Positions 12,601 through 25,373 of a DNA stretch of 64,000 bases are shown in pieces. Source of the stretch: Cyanophora paradoxa CCMP329 (Eukaryota > Plantae > Glaucophyta); contig QPMI01000164.1 of NCBI GenBank assembly GCA_004431415.1, positions 62,133 through 126,132 of the forward strand, in the 5' to 3' direction. A model generated the notes under the pieces. The model was not told where the DNA came from. It saw nothing but the letters and a program-made list of their open reading frames with translations, and made no database searches. The translations under genes were made by a program, and so were the position numbers. The first letter of the stretch is position 1. Each line of letters starts with the position of its first letter.

Positions 12601-14560
12601 ATCCCACGCGCGCTGCATGCACAGAGCATTAACACATGAGATCTAGAGTTGCGCGGGGCGCAGCAAGGGACAATTGCAAGGGACAGACGCGGGCGTAAGG
12701 TTTGGCCTTCTCGGGCTGATCAGCTTCGAGGTAGAAGTGGGCAAGGAATGCGAGGGCGGAGCTGACGCGCAAGTGCGTCGGGCCCAGGCGCCGCTCGGTC
12801 TCCGACATGAGCCGCTGCGGGGTGCATTGGAGATGTGGACACGGACACAGAGCTGATCACGAGGCACCTTTGCAGCGTCCTCGGCGGCGGGGAGGTCGCC
12901 CAAGACAGCCAAGCAAAACGACATGCGCGTCATGACGTGCTCGAGATCGCCGCGCTCGAGACACTTGTCGCACACGCGCTCCGCGATCGGCACGGCCATC
13001 TGCAGGGCGCAAGCGGATTTAGAGCTTGTCGGGCCTGTGCCCATGAGGCAGGGTCCGGGGCGGGGCCGAAGCCGACACCTGCTGGAGGTCGAGGACGTGC
13101 TGGAGGCGTTCGGCGGAGTGGCGCTCGGACAACTTCATGAGACATGGGACGACGGGGATCTTGCAGCAGCGCCGCGCGATCCGGCCATCGAAGCCAGCTT
13201 CCCGCTCGTGTGCAACGGCGGACTGCGCGCGCGGGGTCGATAATGTTATATATCTATATAAGTATACGTAAATGCGTATATATACGTAGTTGGAAATTTA
13301 TTTGATTATTATTAGAGTTGCGCAGGTATATATGCTGCATATGGACACGCCTTGAAGTAGGCCTCGGCGCTCTCGGCGTCTCCCATTTTCTGCAGGCAGA
13401 CGCCCAGCATGTACTCCGTCGCAGTCGTCGCCTCGTGCAGCGGTCCCAGGCGCTCCCGCCGGAACGAGAGCGCCCACTGCGCGCAAAGCGTGAGCTTCAG
13501 GCGAGGCCGGGGCCGGGGCCGGGGCCGGTCGCACACGCAGGGCCCGCTTTGTGCGAGTGGAGTCGAAGTCGCTCCTGTCGACGTACATCTCGCTGAGTGC
13601 TTCGGCGTGGTCTCCGAGGGCGCCAGGTTCGGTCGCCGCCCGCAGCCTCGCGTCACCAGCGTAGATTTCCAGCGCCGACTGTGTATGCACATGCGGAGCG
13701 TCCGACTCGTGATCAGAATATAAATGGCGACCGGCTGCAGGCGCGGCGGGGAGGCCTATAGCTAGGCACCTCGTACAGTGCGACAGACATATGCATATCC
13801 CACTTGGAAATCTCCCGGAGAAGACGGGCGAGGTGGATCGTGCAGGCGGCACTGATGGCATGCGTCGGCCCGAGGATCGGCACAAGCACCTGCAAAACTT
13901 GCTGTGCCGCAGTGCGGGCAGTCGACGCGGAATATTGTTTAGAGCTCTATTGGGGTTCAAATCGAGTCGAATTTGAATCTGACCTGGATATCCTCGACGT
14001 ACTGTTTTCTCTCTGCGGATGTCGCTCTCTCGATCGCGGGAGGAAGGTCCATGCGCTGGAGGGCGAAGACGAGCTTCTCGCAGTCGCCGCACACGCTGGA
14101 GCTATTGCACATGCAGAGGTACCGATGGCCTTCGTATGATGGTATCGACTGCGCATGCAGCGTACGCATGGCCGCCCTTGGAAAACGGATGAAGGCCGCA
14201 ACGACATCGACCTGCTCTCCGCATGCAACACACACACAGAAATTCGAAAATTAAAATGCAAGCTGTACATGTTCTCTTTCGCATCAAGCGGCCGCGGGCG
14301 GGCGCGCACCGAGCTCGAGGCCGACTCGGTTGCTGCAGATTCTCCACCGGTGAGAGCTACGCATGCGTGTGCAGCTGCAGATTTAGATCTAGCGAGCTCG
14401 GCGGCTTCAAGAATGCGTGCCCTTAAATCGGGCGGGGCTCGCAAGACATTCGAAGCCAGCTTGTCACGATTGCGAATGTCATCCGCTGTGAATTCGAATA
14501 CGTATGCAGCTGAATCGACGGGCTTCGCGCTGCTGCTGCTGGCGTCCAACATTCGAATTC
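9675..14560 (-). CDS. TPR / coiled-coil / 2x CCCH / RING-H2 variant protein, tandem copy 2 (type B)
   Basis: Same architecture. CCCH fingers CRFFAKGACREGAQCR|YRH and CRLFAKGACRVGARCR|YRH; RING CVICLEP...CRHRSEFHGAC...CPLC; ends LSEPTH*. Confidence 0.7.
11646..11727. repeat. 41-bp tandem duplication in an intron
   Basis: aaaaactagaggctgtcagatctagatctagagttagattt occurs twice head-to-tail. Confidence 0.9.
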
Positions 14561-15127
14561 GCACTGAATTTGATTCGGCCGCGGCCTCCTTGCGATTCCC
14601 TCTCGGATAGCGTTTCCTGCGCCGCCCATCAACCAGCGCCAGTGCCCGCCGTCATTCCGCGCGCACGCGCGTCGGCTCTGAAATTTCGACTCTCACCTCA
14701 AACTTCTCCGGCCGGCCCGGCCCGGCTCGCCGATATCAATTTCGCGAGCTCGAGATTGCGTCCGCTGCTTGCAAGCGCGCCTCCTGGCCCGCGATCGCGA
14801 GTTGCAACGCAATTGCAAGCGCCTCCGAAAATTAGGATCGAGGGAGGCGCGAAGTTAAACGGCTGCGCCGCGAAAATTTGAGGAGGAAGGCGCGGCGTGC
14901 ATATGAGAGGGGGAATTCAAAGGCCATGGGCTGGGAATTCGAATTTTACGAGGGGGAATTTCGGAAGCTCGAGGGGAAATCAAATGTATAGGTCTGCGTG
15001 GGGGAGCGACCGGAATCGCGGAAATGTTTTAAAGACGGAATGTCATTCGACGGTTCCAATTTTTGCAGACGATCGCGAGTGGCCCACTGGCCGGTGCGAG
15101 TGGGGCAGAAGTGGGCTAGAGCCATAG

Positions 15128-18100
15128 CTAGTGGGTCGGCTCGCTCAGGCGAAGGAGATGCCGGGGGGCTGGTAGGGCCGCGTGGGCCGCCGCGGCGCCT
15201 GCGGTGGGGCGGGCGAGGACGAGGAGAGGGAGGCGGGGCCGCCTGCCGCCCCGGGGGCCGGCTGCAGCGCCGGGGTCGAGCTCGAGCTTGAGGCGCCGGA
15301 GAGGCCCTCCGCTGCCGGACCCGCAGCGCGCTCGGCCCGCGCCGGCGCCGGCGTCGGGGAGCTCGAGGCAGCGCCCGCGACGGCGGCGGCCGCGGCCGCG
15401 GAAGAGGACGGCCCCGCGAAGGGGGCGCCGCACAGGGGGCACCCGGCGGCATGCTTCTCCGCCCGCCACGTCGCGATGCACCTCCCGTGGAACTCGAAGC
15501 GATCTGCGAGGGGCGTCGGGCGGCGGCGAGGGGCGCGGGGAAGGATGGGGCGCACGGCGGCAGGGGAGGGCGGCGGGGGGCGGGCCGGCGGAGAGGGGCT
15601 CAAAGCATATGGCGCACTCGGCCTCCTCGCGATCGGGGGCCGCCGCGGGCCGGTACCTGCCAAGCAGGGTGAGATGTTAAAGAAAGGCAAATTGAAATTG
15701 GGCAAGCAGCGATCCGATCTCGCGCACGCGCACCGGCAGACGCCCTTCCCCTGCGGCATCTGGCTCCACTGCAGCCCCGGATCCTCGCGCCGTCGCTGCC
15801 CCGCGGCCAGCCGGCGCTCCTGCTCCCGCCGGCGCGCCTCTCGCTGCTCCTCCAGCCGGCGCTGCTCGTTAGCGCGCGCCGCCTCCTCCCGCCAGCGCGC
15901 CTCCTCGCGCTGCCGCTCGGCCTCGGCCGCCTGGCGCCGCTCCTCCTGCAGACGCTCCTCCTCCCGCCGCTGCTCCTCCTCGAGCTCCCGCCGGCGCGCC
16001 TCCGTGCGCTCCTGCTCCTCCCGCTGCTGCCGCTCGCGCTCGCGCTGCTCGTCCTGAGCCCGCCGCCGCGCCTCCTCCTCCGCCCGCCGCTTCGCCTCCT
16101 CGCGCCGCCGCTGCTCCGCCGCGACGTGGCTCCGCAGGGCCTCCACCCTGCAGCTGCCGCCGCTCTTTCAGCCTGCTAAGCCCGGCCCGCTAACGCATTT
16201 GACAGGGCGGCCGGCGCGCACCGGCGGAGGGAGTCAGCGTTTACGCCCGTCTCGACAGCAACGAGACGGCGTTCCACCTTGTCAGCCTCCTGCGCGGCCG
16301 CCTCGAGCTGGCCCGCCCCCGCCAGGCACTCTGCTACACCGTCAGCAATAATTGACGTCGACAAGCCAGAAAAGGGGGCGAGGAGCGCACGGATGCGGAG
16401 CAGGCGAGCCTCGAAGTCGTCTGGCGAGCGCTGCGTATAAAGAATCAATCTTGGGAAGTTCTTATAATTATTCTTACAATAAAATTAAACCAATTAAAGA
16501 AACTAGCGGCTGTCAGAGACGGCCGGAAGGCGGCGCTCTAGATCTAGATCGATATATAAATATATCAAATCTAGATCTAGATCTTGTAGTGGCGGAGCCG
16601 ATCGCGAGAACCTTGAGCAGGGCGTCGAGGACCTTCCGGGCGGGGGCCCACTGCGAGCCCTCCACATGCATTCGAGCCGCCTCCTGCCGAACGGCTCAGT
16701 GCATGCCAGAGCGCGGCTGGCACACGGGCATAAAAGCGCGCACGAGGTCGGCGGCGTCGCGGGCGGCGCGCTCGGCGCGCTCGGCCTCCCGCCGCGCCCG
16801 CCCGCGCTCCTCCTCCGCCCGCCGCCGCTCCTCCCGCTCCCGCTTGCGCTCCTTCAGCTTGCGACAGGTGCTGGCGACGCGGGTGTTAATTTTGCTGCGC
16901 GACTCGTGCGCACATGCGCAAAGTCGGCTGCAGCAGTCGGGCTCTCGAGCTCACCTGCATCCGCATTCGCAGCAGACGTACTGCTCCGGATATCGGTCCT
17001 CTTCAACGTGCGTCTGCTCCTCCGGATCCAGCTCTCCCCTGTGCCTCGGGCTTCGCTCCTCCGACTCGTTCGAGGTCTGCATGCCAGCCTCGAGCTCGTG
17101 CTCGCGGAGAGCGCGAATCTGTCGGGCGGTGAGCTGCCGGGGTCATAGCTCAATAGGCAGGAAGGATCCGGAACAACCACGTCCGGGATCGGAACGCTGG
17201 GCGGCGGCTTCTTGTTCGCGCGCGTCCACTCCAGAACGGCCTGTGATCGATAGGCCCCCTCAATTGCGATCTCGCGTGGATATTGGGCAGATAGCCGCGG
17301 CACGCGCCTTGAAAAAGGCTTTGGCAGGTTCGGCGTGCGGGGCCTTCCGGAAGGCAGTCCAGAGCGTCGAGAGATAACATCCGAGCTTTGGGCAGGCGGG
17401 ATCCAGTTGCAAGGCCGCCTCGAGAATCTCCCACGCGCGCTGCGAAAAATCGAATGACATCGATGAGATCTAGATCTCGAAACGCCGTCCTGCGAGGCAT
17501 AGGGCAGGGGACAAACGCGGGCGGAAGGCTCGGCGAGGCCGGGTGCGTTGGAATCGAGGTGGAGGCGGGCGAAAAGGGCGAGGGCGGAGCCGACGCGCAA
17601 GTGCGTCGGGCCCAGCCGCCGCTCGGTCTCCGACACGAGTCGCTGTGCATGCGAGGTGCGTCGGCGATCGAGAGACGGAGGCGGATCTTTACGTATTTAT
17701 ACAATTGGCCGTCTAGAGACGGCGGGCGCACCTCAGCGGCGGCGACGGCGGCCGAATAGTCGCCCTGGGAGATGCACACGAAAGCGATGCCGATCACGAC
17801 GGTCTCGACATCGCCACGCTCGAAGCAGTCGACGCACACCCGCTCCGCAATCGGTAAGGCCATCTGCAGGGTGGCGGAAATTAAATATGAATCTAAATTG
17901 AAGCGCGCGGAATTCGAAGAAGTCAAGGTATATATATACATATATATAGCTGCAGGTATATATGTATAGGCACCTGACTGATGTGAAGAGCGCGCTGAAG
18001 GCGGCCGGCTTTCGTGTGGCGGTTGGAGAGGATGTTGAGTTTCGGGACGACGGGCAGCTCGTAGCAGCGCCCGCCGATCCGCCCCTCGCATCCGGCCTCC

Positions 18101-19560
18101 CGCTCGTGCGTCAAGGCGGCCTGCAGGGATCCCGGAGTTGACGTCGGCGAATCAAGGTCTAGCTATATATAGGCCGAGGGCTAGTGTTGCATTTGCATAC
18201 GCATATGCAGGCACGGCTGGGCGCACCATGAAGTAAGCCTCAGCACCGTCGAAGTCTTCGAGATTGTGCAGGCAGATGCCCAGCCTGCACTCCACCTCAA
18301 TCGTCAACTCGTGCAGGGGCCCCGGGCTCTCCCGCCGGAACGAGAGCGCCCTCTGCGGACGACGTACGCGTAGGTTAAAACGTCAAGCAGGAGATGGCGC
18401 CGGCGCTATTTAATTTCGGCGCGCGGAAGCGAAAAAGGGGATGTCGACGTCGACGCACGAGGAGAGCCCGCTTTTCGTTGATGAAGTCTGCTTTTTGACG
18501 ATACAGCGCGGCGAGGGCCCCAGCATGCTCCCCAAGGGCGCCGGGCTCGGTCGCCGCCCGCAGCCGCGCGTCACCCTCGTACAGCCAAAGCGCCAGCTGC
18601 ACATGCACATGCGCACGCATGCGGCGCGCCGTCGATGTCGGCGCGAGACATGAACAGAGACGGGGCCGCGGGGGGGCCGGGTGTGGCGGGCCGGGGAGGC
18701 ACCTCGTAGTTCACCATAGCCGCATCGCAGTCGTCGAGCTCGAAGTAAAGGCGGGCAAGGTGGACCGTACAGGCGGCGCTGATGGCATGCGTCTGTCCGA
18801 GGGTCTGCAAAAACTTGTCCACGAGATACTGCACGAGAATGTTGGCGAGGCAACGAGAGGGAGTGCTAAGGCTGGACCCGCGGCCGCGGCCCACCTTGAT
18901 GTCTGCGGTGTACTGGCGGAGCTCCGCTTGGCAAGATGTGATCGGGGAAGGAAGATCGCGCTGGAGGGCAAAGACGAGCTCCTTGCACCCGGCGCAAACA
19001 GCGGAGCTCGAGCACCTGCAGAAGAAACCTTCCCGAACGTGCATGTGGTGAATTTTCGCACACAAAACGAGATCCCGCTGATGCCCATCGAGTAAGCCAT
19101 GGAGCAACGGTGGAACTTCAATGAAGACCGCTCTAGATCTGTCCGAGGCCGAGAACTCGAGCTTTGACTGCAGCCACGTATACGTAGGCAGCTGTGGATT
19201 AAAATATTCATCCCCGGCCGCGGCCTGCGCGAGTGCGTACGAAGCCTGATTTTGAGTTCGGGGCGCGTATATGCATTCAACGGTCTTCGAATAGGAAATT
19301 CATCTCGCACCGCTTTCCCAGCAAAGTTAGCTTCAGAGAACGCTCTACAAAGTTTCTCCGCTGCTGCGGCACCGGCTGCGTTGCGGCTGAATTCGGGCAC
19401 ATTTGCTTCCTCGTTGAATTCGGGCCCTCTGTCCCGCACGAAAACATGGAACACCGCCTCCGACATTCGAGTTTAATTCTCGAACCGCGGAGGCCTTGCT
19501 TCCTGCGCCCGCACATTCTCCAGCGTAAGATCTAGATCTCCACCTCGCATGCGCACCTCG
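15128..19560 (-). CDS. TPR / coiled-coil / RING-H2 variant protein, tandem copy 3 (type A)
   Basis: Colinear and highly similar to copy 1 at an offset of about 10.3 kb; RING CAICFEP...CRHRFEFHGRC...CPLC; ends LSEPTH*. Confidence 0.7.
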
Positions 19561-20035
19561 AAGTTCGCCGAGCTCGCACCTCGAGCTCGAAGACTCTTGA
19601 ACGCGCCTCTAGATCTTGAGGGACGAGCGCGGCAACGTTAACGTTGACGTAACCCGAATCTAATTGCGCCGCGCTGCGCAAATGTCAGAGAAGGGAGGCG
19701 TGCATCAGATCTAGAGCTCGAGAGTCTTATAATAAATTAGAAATTCAGATCTAGTGCCTCATGATCAGTCTGGGAATTTTAGAGGGGGAATTTCGGAAGG
19801 AATTTAAATGAAGATCCAAAGCTCGAGGGGAAACGTATACGTAGGCCTGGGGGAGCGACCGGAATCGCGAAAGGCCAGAGCGCGCGCGCGGCTCGCCGGC
19901 GCCGTCGATTGAGCGCGCGCGGGGCTCGCTGGGGGAGCGACCGGAATCGGAGCGAAGAATTCAACGGTTCCAATTTTTGCAAACGAGGGGCCCACTGGCC
20001 GGTGCGGGTGAGGTAGAAGTGGGTTAGAACCATAG

Positions 20036-23000
20036 CTAGTGGGTAGGCTCGCTCAGGCGAAAGAGATGCCGGGGGGCTGGTAGGGCCGCGTGGGCCGCCG
20101 GGCGGCCTGCGGCGGGGCGGCCGCGGGCGGGGCGGAGGAAGGGAAGGCGGGGCCGCCTGCCGTCCCGGGGGCCGGCTGCAGCGCCGGGGTCGGCTGCAGC
20201 GCCGGCGGAGAGCTCGCGCTCGAGCTCGAGGCGCCGGAGGAGCCCTCCGCGGGGCTCGCCGGACCCACCGCGCGCTCGGCCCGCGCCGGCGCCGGCGTCG
20301 AGGGGGCGGCCCCCGCGGCGGCCCCTGCCGCGGGAGAGGATGGTCCGGCGAAGGGGGCGCCGCACAGGGGGCAGCCGTCGGCGAGCGGGCCCGCCCGCCA
20401 CGCCTCGATGCACGCGCCGTGGAACTCGCCGCGGTCTGCGAGGGGCGTCGGGCGGCGGCGCGGGGCGCGGGGAAGGCCGGGGCGCACGGCGGCAGGCGAG
20501 GGCGGCGGGGGGCGGGCCGGCGGCGAGGGGCTCGAGGCAGATGGCGCACTCCGCTGCGGGGGACGCCTCGGGGCCGTCGGCCGCCTCGTGCCGGTACCTG
20601 CGGCCCCGATCGCGAGTGAGATGAAAAGCGATCGCAAGCTCAAGAGGCGAGCCCGTCGCACCGGCAGCGCGCGCCGGCTCGGCAGGCGCCCTTCGCGAAC
20701 AATCGGCACGGAGCGGCTTGTCGAAGATGCCGCCCCGAGCCGGCCGCAGCCGCAGCTGCCTCCGCCGCCTCGGCCTGTGCCGCCTGCCGCAGCTGCTCTT
20801 CGCGCCGGCGCTGCTCGAGCCGCTGCGCCTGCTCCCGCCGGCGCGCCTCCTTGCGCGCCTGCTCCTCCCGCCACAGCTGCTGCCGCCGCTGCAGCTCCGC
20901 CTGCCGCTCCCGCTCGCGCCGCTCCTCCTGCGCCCGCCGCCGCGCCTCCTCCTCCGCCCGCCGCTTCGCCTCCTCGCGCCGCCGCTGCTCCGCCGCGACG
21001 TAGCGCCGCAGCTCCTCCACCCTAGCCAGGCTTCCGGGCCTCAAGCGCGTCACGAAGCGCAAGCTAGAAACTTTGAGGAGCAGGCAGAATGCACCGGCCA
21101 GGGTAGTCGGGTTCACCGCCCGAGCCAGCGGCAGTGTCAGCGAGCTCGCGCTCCGCCGCCTCGGCCTCCTGGAAAGCCGCCTCCAGCTGGCCCGCCCCCG
21201 CCATGCACTCTGCCGGCGCCGCGGCGTTATGATCAGCGAGGACCGACAAGCCAGGAAATTTCAAAGTGGGCGAGGGGCGCACGGATTCGGAGCAGACGAG
21301 CCCCAAAGTCGTCGGGCGACCGCTGCGTTTTAACAATTGATTCTTGGTAAGTTCTTATTCTTGCATAAAATAAATTTAAGAAACGAGAGGCCGTCAGAGA
21401 CAACCGGAGGGCGGCGCTCTAGATCGATATCTAGATCTTGCAGTGGCGGAGCGGAGAACCTTGAGGAGGGCGTCGAGGAGCGGGCGGGCGAGGGCCCACT
21501 GCGAGCCTTCCACGTGCTTCCGAGCCGCCTCCTGCCGTACGGCTCAGTGCATGCCAGAGCGCGGCTGGCACACGGGCATAAAAGTGCACACGCGGTCGGC
21601 GGCGTCGCGGGCGGCGCGCTCGGCGCGCTCGGCCTCCCGCCGCGCTCGCTCACGCTCCTCTTCCGCCCGCCGCTGCTCCTCGCGCTCCCGCTTGCGCTCC
21701 TCCAGCTTGCTGGCGAGGCGCGTATTAAGTGTTGCCGAGCCAGCAAACTGAAGGAAGGCCCGCTGCATGCGCAGATGATGTGGGCCCCCAATCTCGAGCT
21801 CACCTGCAGCGGGCGCGCCTGGCCGCTTCCCGCGCCCGCTTGCGCTCCTCCGCCAGCTCGGCCTTCTGCTCCTCCGCCAGCCGCCGTCGCTCCGCGGCCT
21901 CGTCCAGAACCCGGGGGCTCCGGGGGGGAGGCGGGCGGCTCGATGGGGCAGTTGGCGGGGTTGCCGGGGGAGGCGGGGGGCCCGAGGGGGTAGGGGCGGC
22001 GGCGGAGTCTGCAGCTGCAGCTGGGCATGGGGGCGCCCGGGGGTTCCGGGGCGGCGGCGGGGGAGGCGGGGGGCCCGAGGGGGCAGGGGGGGTGGCGGGG
22101 CGTGGAGCTGGAGGCGCCCGGGGGGGAGGCGGGGGGCCCGCGGGGGCAGGAGGCTGCTCACTCTCCGCCCGCTTCGAATTCAGGTCCGCCCGCGTCGGCT
22201 CGAGCTCCTCCTTCCGCCCCGGATCCTCCGCCCCGCTCGAGGGACGGGACTCGAGCTCGCGGAGGGCGCGAATCTGCCGGGCGGGGACGATCATGATGCA
22301 TATGAGTGATATCGATATATACAGCTGCGGTCGGTGACTAGCGATATTAATAGTAATTGAAGGCAAAAAGTGCCCACCACTGCCGCGATCGGCACGCCCT
22401 GCGGCGGCTGCCTGTTCACGCGCGTCCACTCCAAAACGGCCTGCGAGTTGCCCTCATGACGCATGCAGCTGCAGGGCACAAACGCATATGCCGACGCGCC
22501 TTGAAAAATGATTTGGCGGCCGCGCGGTCGACGTGCACGGCCTCCGATTTCCCGAAGACAGTCCAAAGTATAGGAAGAAAGAAATCCCCCAGCTCCGGAT
22601 CCGGGATGGGGGGGCCCGACTGCAAGGCCGTCTCGAGAATATCCCACGCGCGCTGCAAGCACAGGGCATAAACCCATGAGAATTGCGCGGGCGCAGCGAG
22701 GTACAATGTGCATACGCGAAGGTAAGGTTTGGCCTTCTCGAGCTGACCAGCGTCGAGGTAGAAGTGGGCGAGGAATGCGAGGGCGGAGATCATGCGCAAG
22801 TGCGTCGGGCCCAGGCTCCGCTCGGTCTCCGACACGAGCCGCTGCGGGGTGCGTCGGAAATATGGACAAGAATACAGAGCCGAGGCACCTTTGCAGCGTC
22901 CTCGGCGGCGGGGAGGTCGCCCATGACAGCCAAGCGAAACGTGATGCCCGTCATGACGCGCTCGAGGTCGCCGAGCTCGAGGCACTCTTTGCACACGTGC

Positions 23001-24600
23001 TCCACAATCGCCGCGGCCATCTGCACAGCAGTTCGAATTCCGAAATGAGTTCGAATTCGAACTCGCCCGCGGCCATCTGCAGAGCGGCCACTATAGCTAT
23101 AGCTAGTACTAGTGCGCATGCCTAGTACCAGGGGATCCGGAGAGTTGGAGACACTAGTACTAGTGTGGTGCGCTTAGTTAATTATAAGCTTGAAATCAAA
23201 GGAATCACCCGGTGGAGGTCGAGGGCACGCTGGAGGCGCCCTGCGGCCGAGTGGCGCTCGGACAGCTCCATGAGAGAAGAGACGACGTGCAGCTCGCAGC
23301 AACGCCGCGCGATCCGCCCCTCGCATCCGGCTTCCCGCTCGTGCGCGAAGGCCGCCTGGGCAAGGGTGACGACATCGACCGAGAATAGATATATATCATT
23401 AGTCTTGCATGCGCATCTAACGGGCGGGGTACCGCAGCACCTTGAAGTAGGCCTCGGCACCCTCGGAGTTTCCCATCGTCTGCAGGCAGACGCCCAGCCT
23501 GTACTCCGCCTCAGTCGTCGCCGCATGCAGCGATCCCAGGCGCTCCCGCCGAAACGAGAGCGCCCACTGCGCGCGCAGCGGCGTGTGCGTGAGCTCGAGA
23601 AAGGCGGGGCGAGGCATAGGCCGGCGCATGCATATGTATGCATATGGGAGCGGGGCGCACGAGGAAAGCTCGCTTGGCGGAGGGTAGGTCTCGGTTGATG
23701 CGCTTCTTCCGTTCCATGTGCATCCTTCCCAGATCCTGGGCGTGGTCCCCGAGGGCGCCGGGCTCGGTCGCCGCCCGCAGCCGCGCGTCACCCGCGTACA
23801 GCGCGAGCGCCGGCTGCGCATGCAAATGCACATGGGGCATCCTGCACGTGAGTGCGAGGCAGGGACAGGGCCGAACGTTGCGGGAAGGCACCTCGTAGGC
23901 AGCGATGGCAGCATCCCACTTGCCGTCGAAGCGTTTGAGGCGGGCGAGATGGATCGCGCAGGCGGCGCTCAGGGCGTGCTGCTGCCCGAGGTCCCGGACG
24001 AAAGAGTCCAGGCAACTCTGCACGTCGCGGTCGGCTATCGGCATGCGCAATTGGGAGGGAATTGAACCGGACCTGGATAAAGTCGGTGTGCGCATGGAGC
24101 ATCTCTTCGGGACTCGTGACCGCAGGAAGCAGCCTGTAGCGCTGGAGGGCGAAGACGAGCTCCTTGCACTCGCTGCAGACGGCGGCGCTCGTGCACGTGC
24201 ACGAAACGTGGTCGCGAGGACGGCATCCGAGTGCGTCGTGGAGAACCTGGATGATAACCGCGCTAAACGTCCATGGGCACTCACGATCGCGCTCGAGCTC
24301 GCGATCGGGCCGGACGCTGCTGGATCTGGATTCAGCTGCAGGCTGAACCGGCGCCGTCGCCGCCCCGAGTGCTTCGACGGCCTTGCGATCGGTGAGAAGC
24401 GCACTGGGCTCGATCGCGAGGGCCGCGGCCGGCTGATCAGGAACCAGCGCCGGCGCCTCGAGCTCATCGATATCACGTGCAGAATTCGAAACCTGCGCCT
24501 CGTATATACGTACGACCTGTAAGCTGGCACCGAGCACCTAGAACGTTAACCAACTGCATGTATATGCGAGGATTACGAGCAGTGGATCCGGAGGCCGATA
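20036..24600 (-). CDS. TPR / coiled-coil / CCCH / RING-H2 variant protein, tandem copy 4 (type B)
   Basis: Similar to copy 2. One CCCH (CRLFAKGACRAGARCR|YRH), RING CAICLEP...CRHRGEFHGAC...CPLC, and a Pro-rich insertion near 21910-22150. Confidence 0.7.
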
Positions 24601-25373
24601 GCGCGCATACGTATACAGAAGGCGCCGGCGGCGCGCATGAAATGCACGCGCAGCTGCAGGAAAACGCGGGAATCGAAGGAGCTGAAGCCAAAGCAGAGAT
24701 CTACCTGGCTCGGTTCACGTTGAGCGATAGTAGGCCCCATATGCATGGCTCGTACTGTAGGTATGCCCCATGTCCATGGCCAGCGTGCGCCGGCCGGCTT
24801 GCGCATGCGTCTGACATTCACTAACGTGAGCGCTCGCCATCTTCGCGCACTCGCAACGCGAGGAATCGCACCTTCGAGCACAATCGATATCGCGCTCTTT
24901 CCGAGCCTTCCGCGTTCGCTGGCGCCGACTGGCGCCGGAGAGGGCGATCGCGCCTCCCGAATGCCGGAGCGCGCCTTCGATCGAGCGAGAGTGGATCGCT
25001 TTCGCTGCGAGCGAGATCTGATGGATTGCGCTGTACCCCACCGCCGTTGCAAAGTTGCCCATGCCAATTGCAGATCGGATCGAGCTCGAGCTAACGCTCG
25101 AGCTCGCGATCTGAGCTAGGATATCGATCTCGAGCTGGCCGGCGCCCCAACAGTACTGTTGACGTCCACGGTCGGACTGCAGCAGTCGGATCATCGGATG
25201 GCAAATACGCAAATACGTTTACGTGAAAATAACTTGCAATTGAAAGCGCAAGAGCCGACACTAATTAAACGTAAGAGGGGAATTTTATTTCGTGTTAATT
25301 CAGAGGGGAATGGAAAACTTGAAGGCTTGAAAAGGGCACGATTTCCCCGGGGGACTGAATGAAGGCCCTAGCC

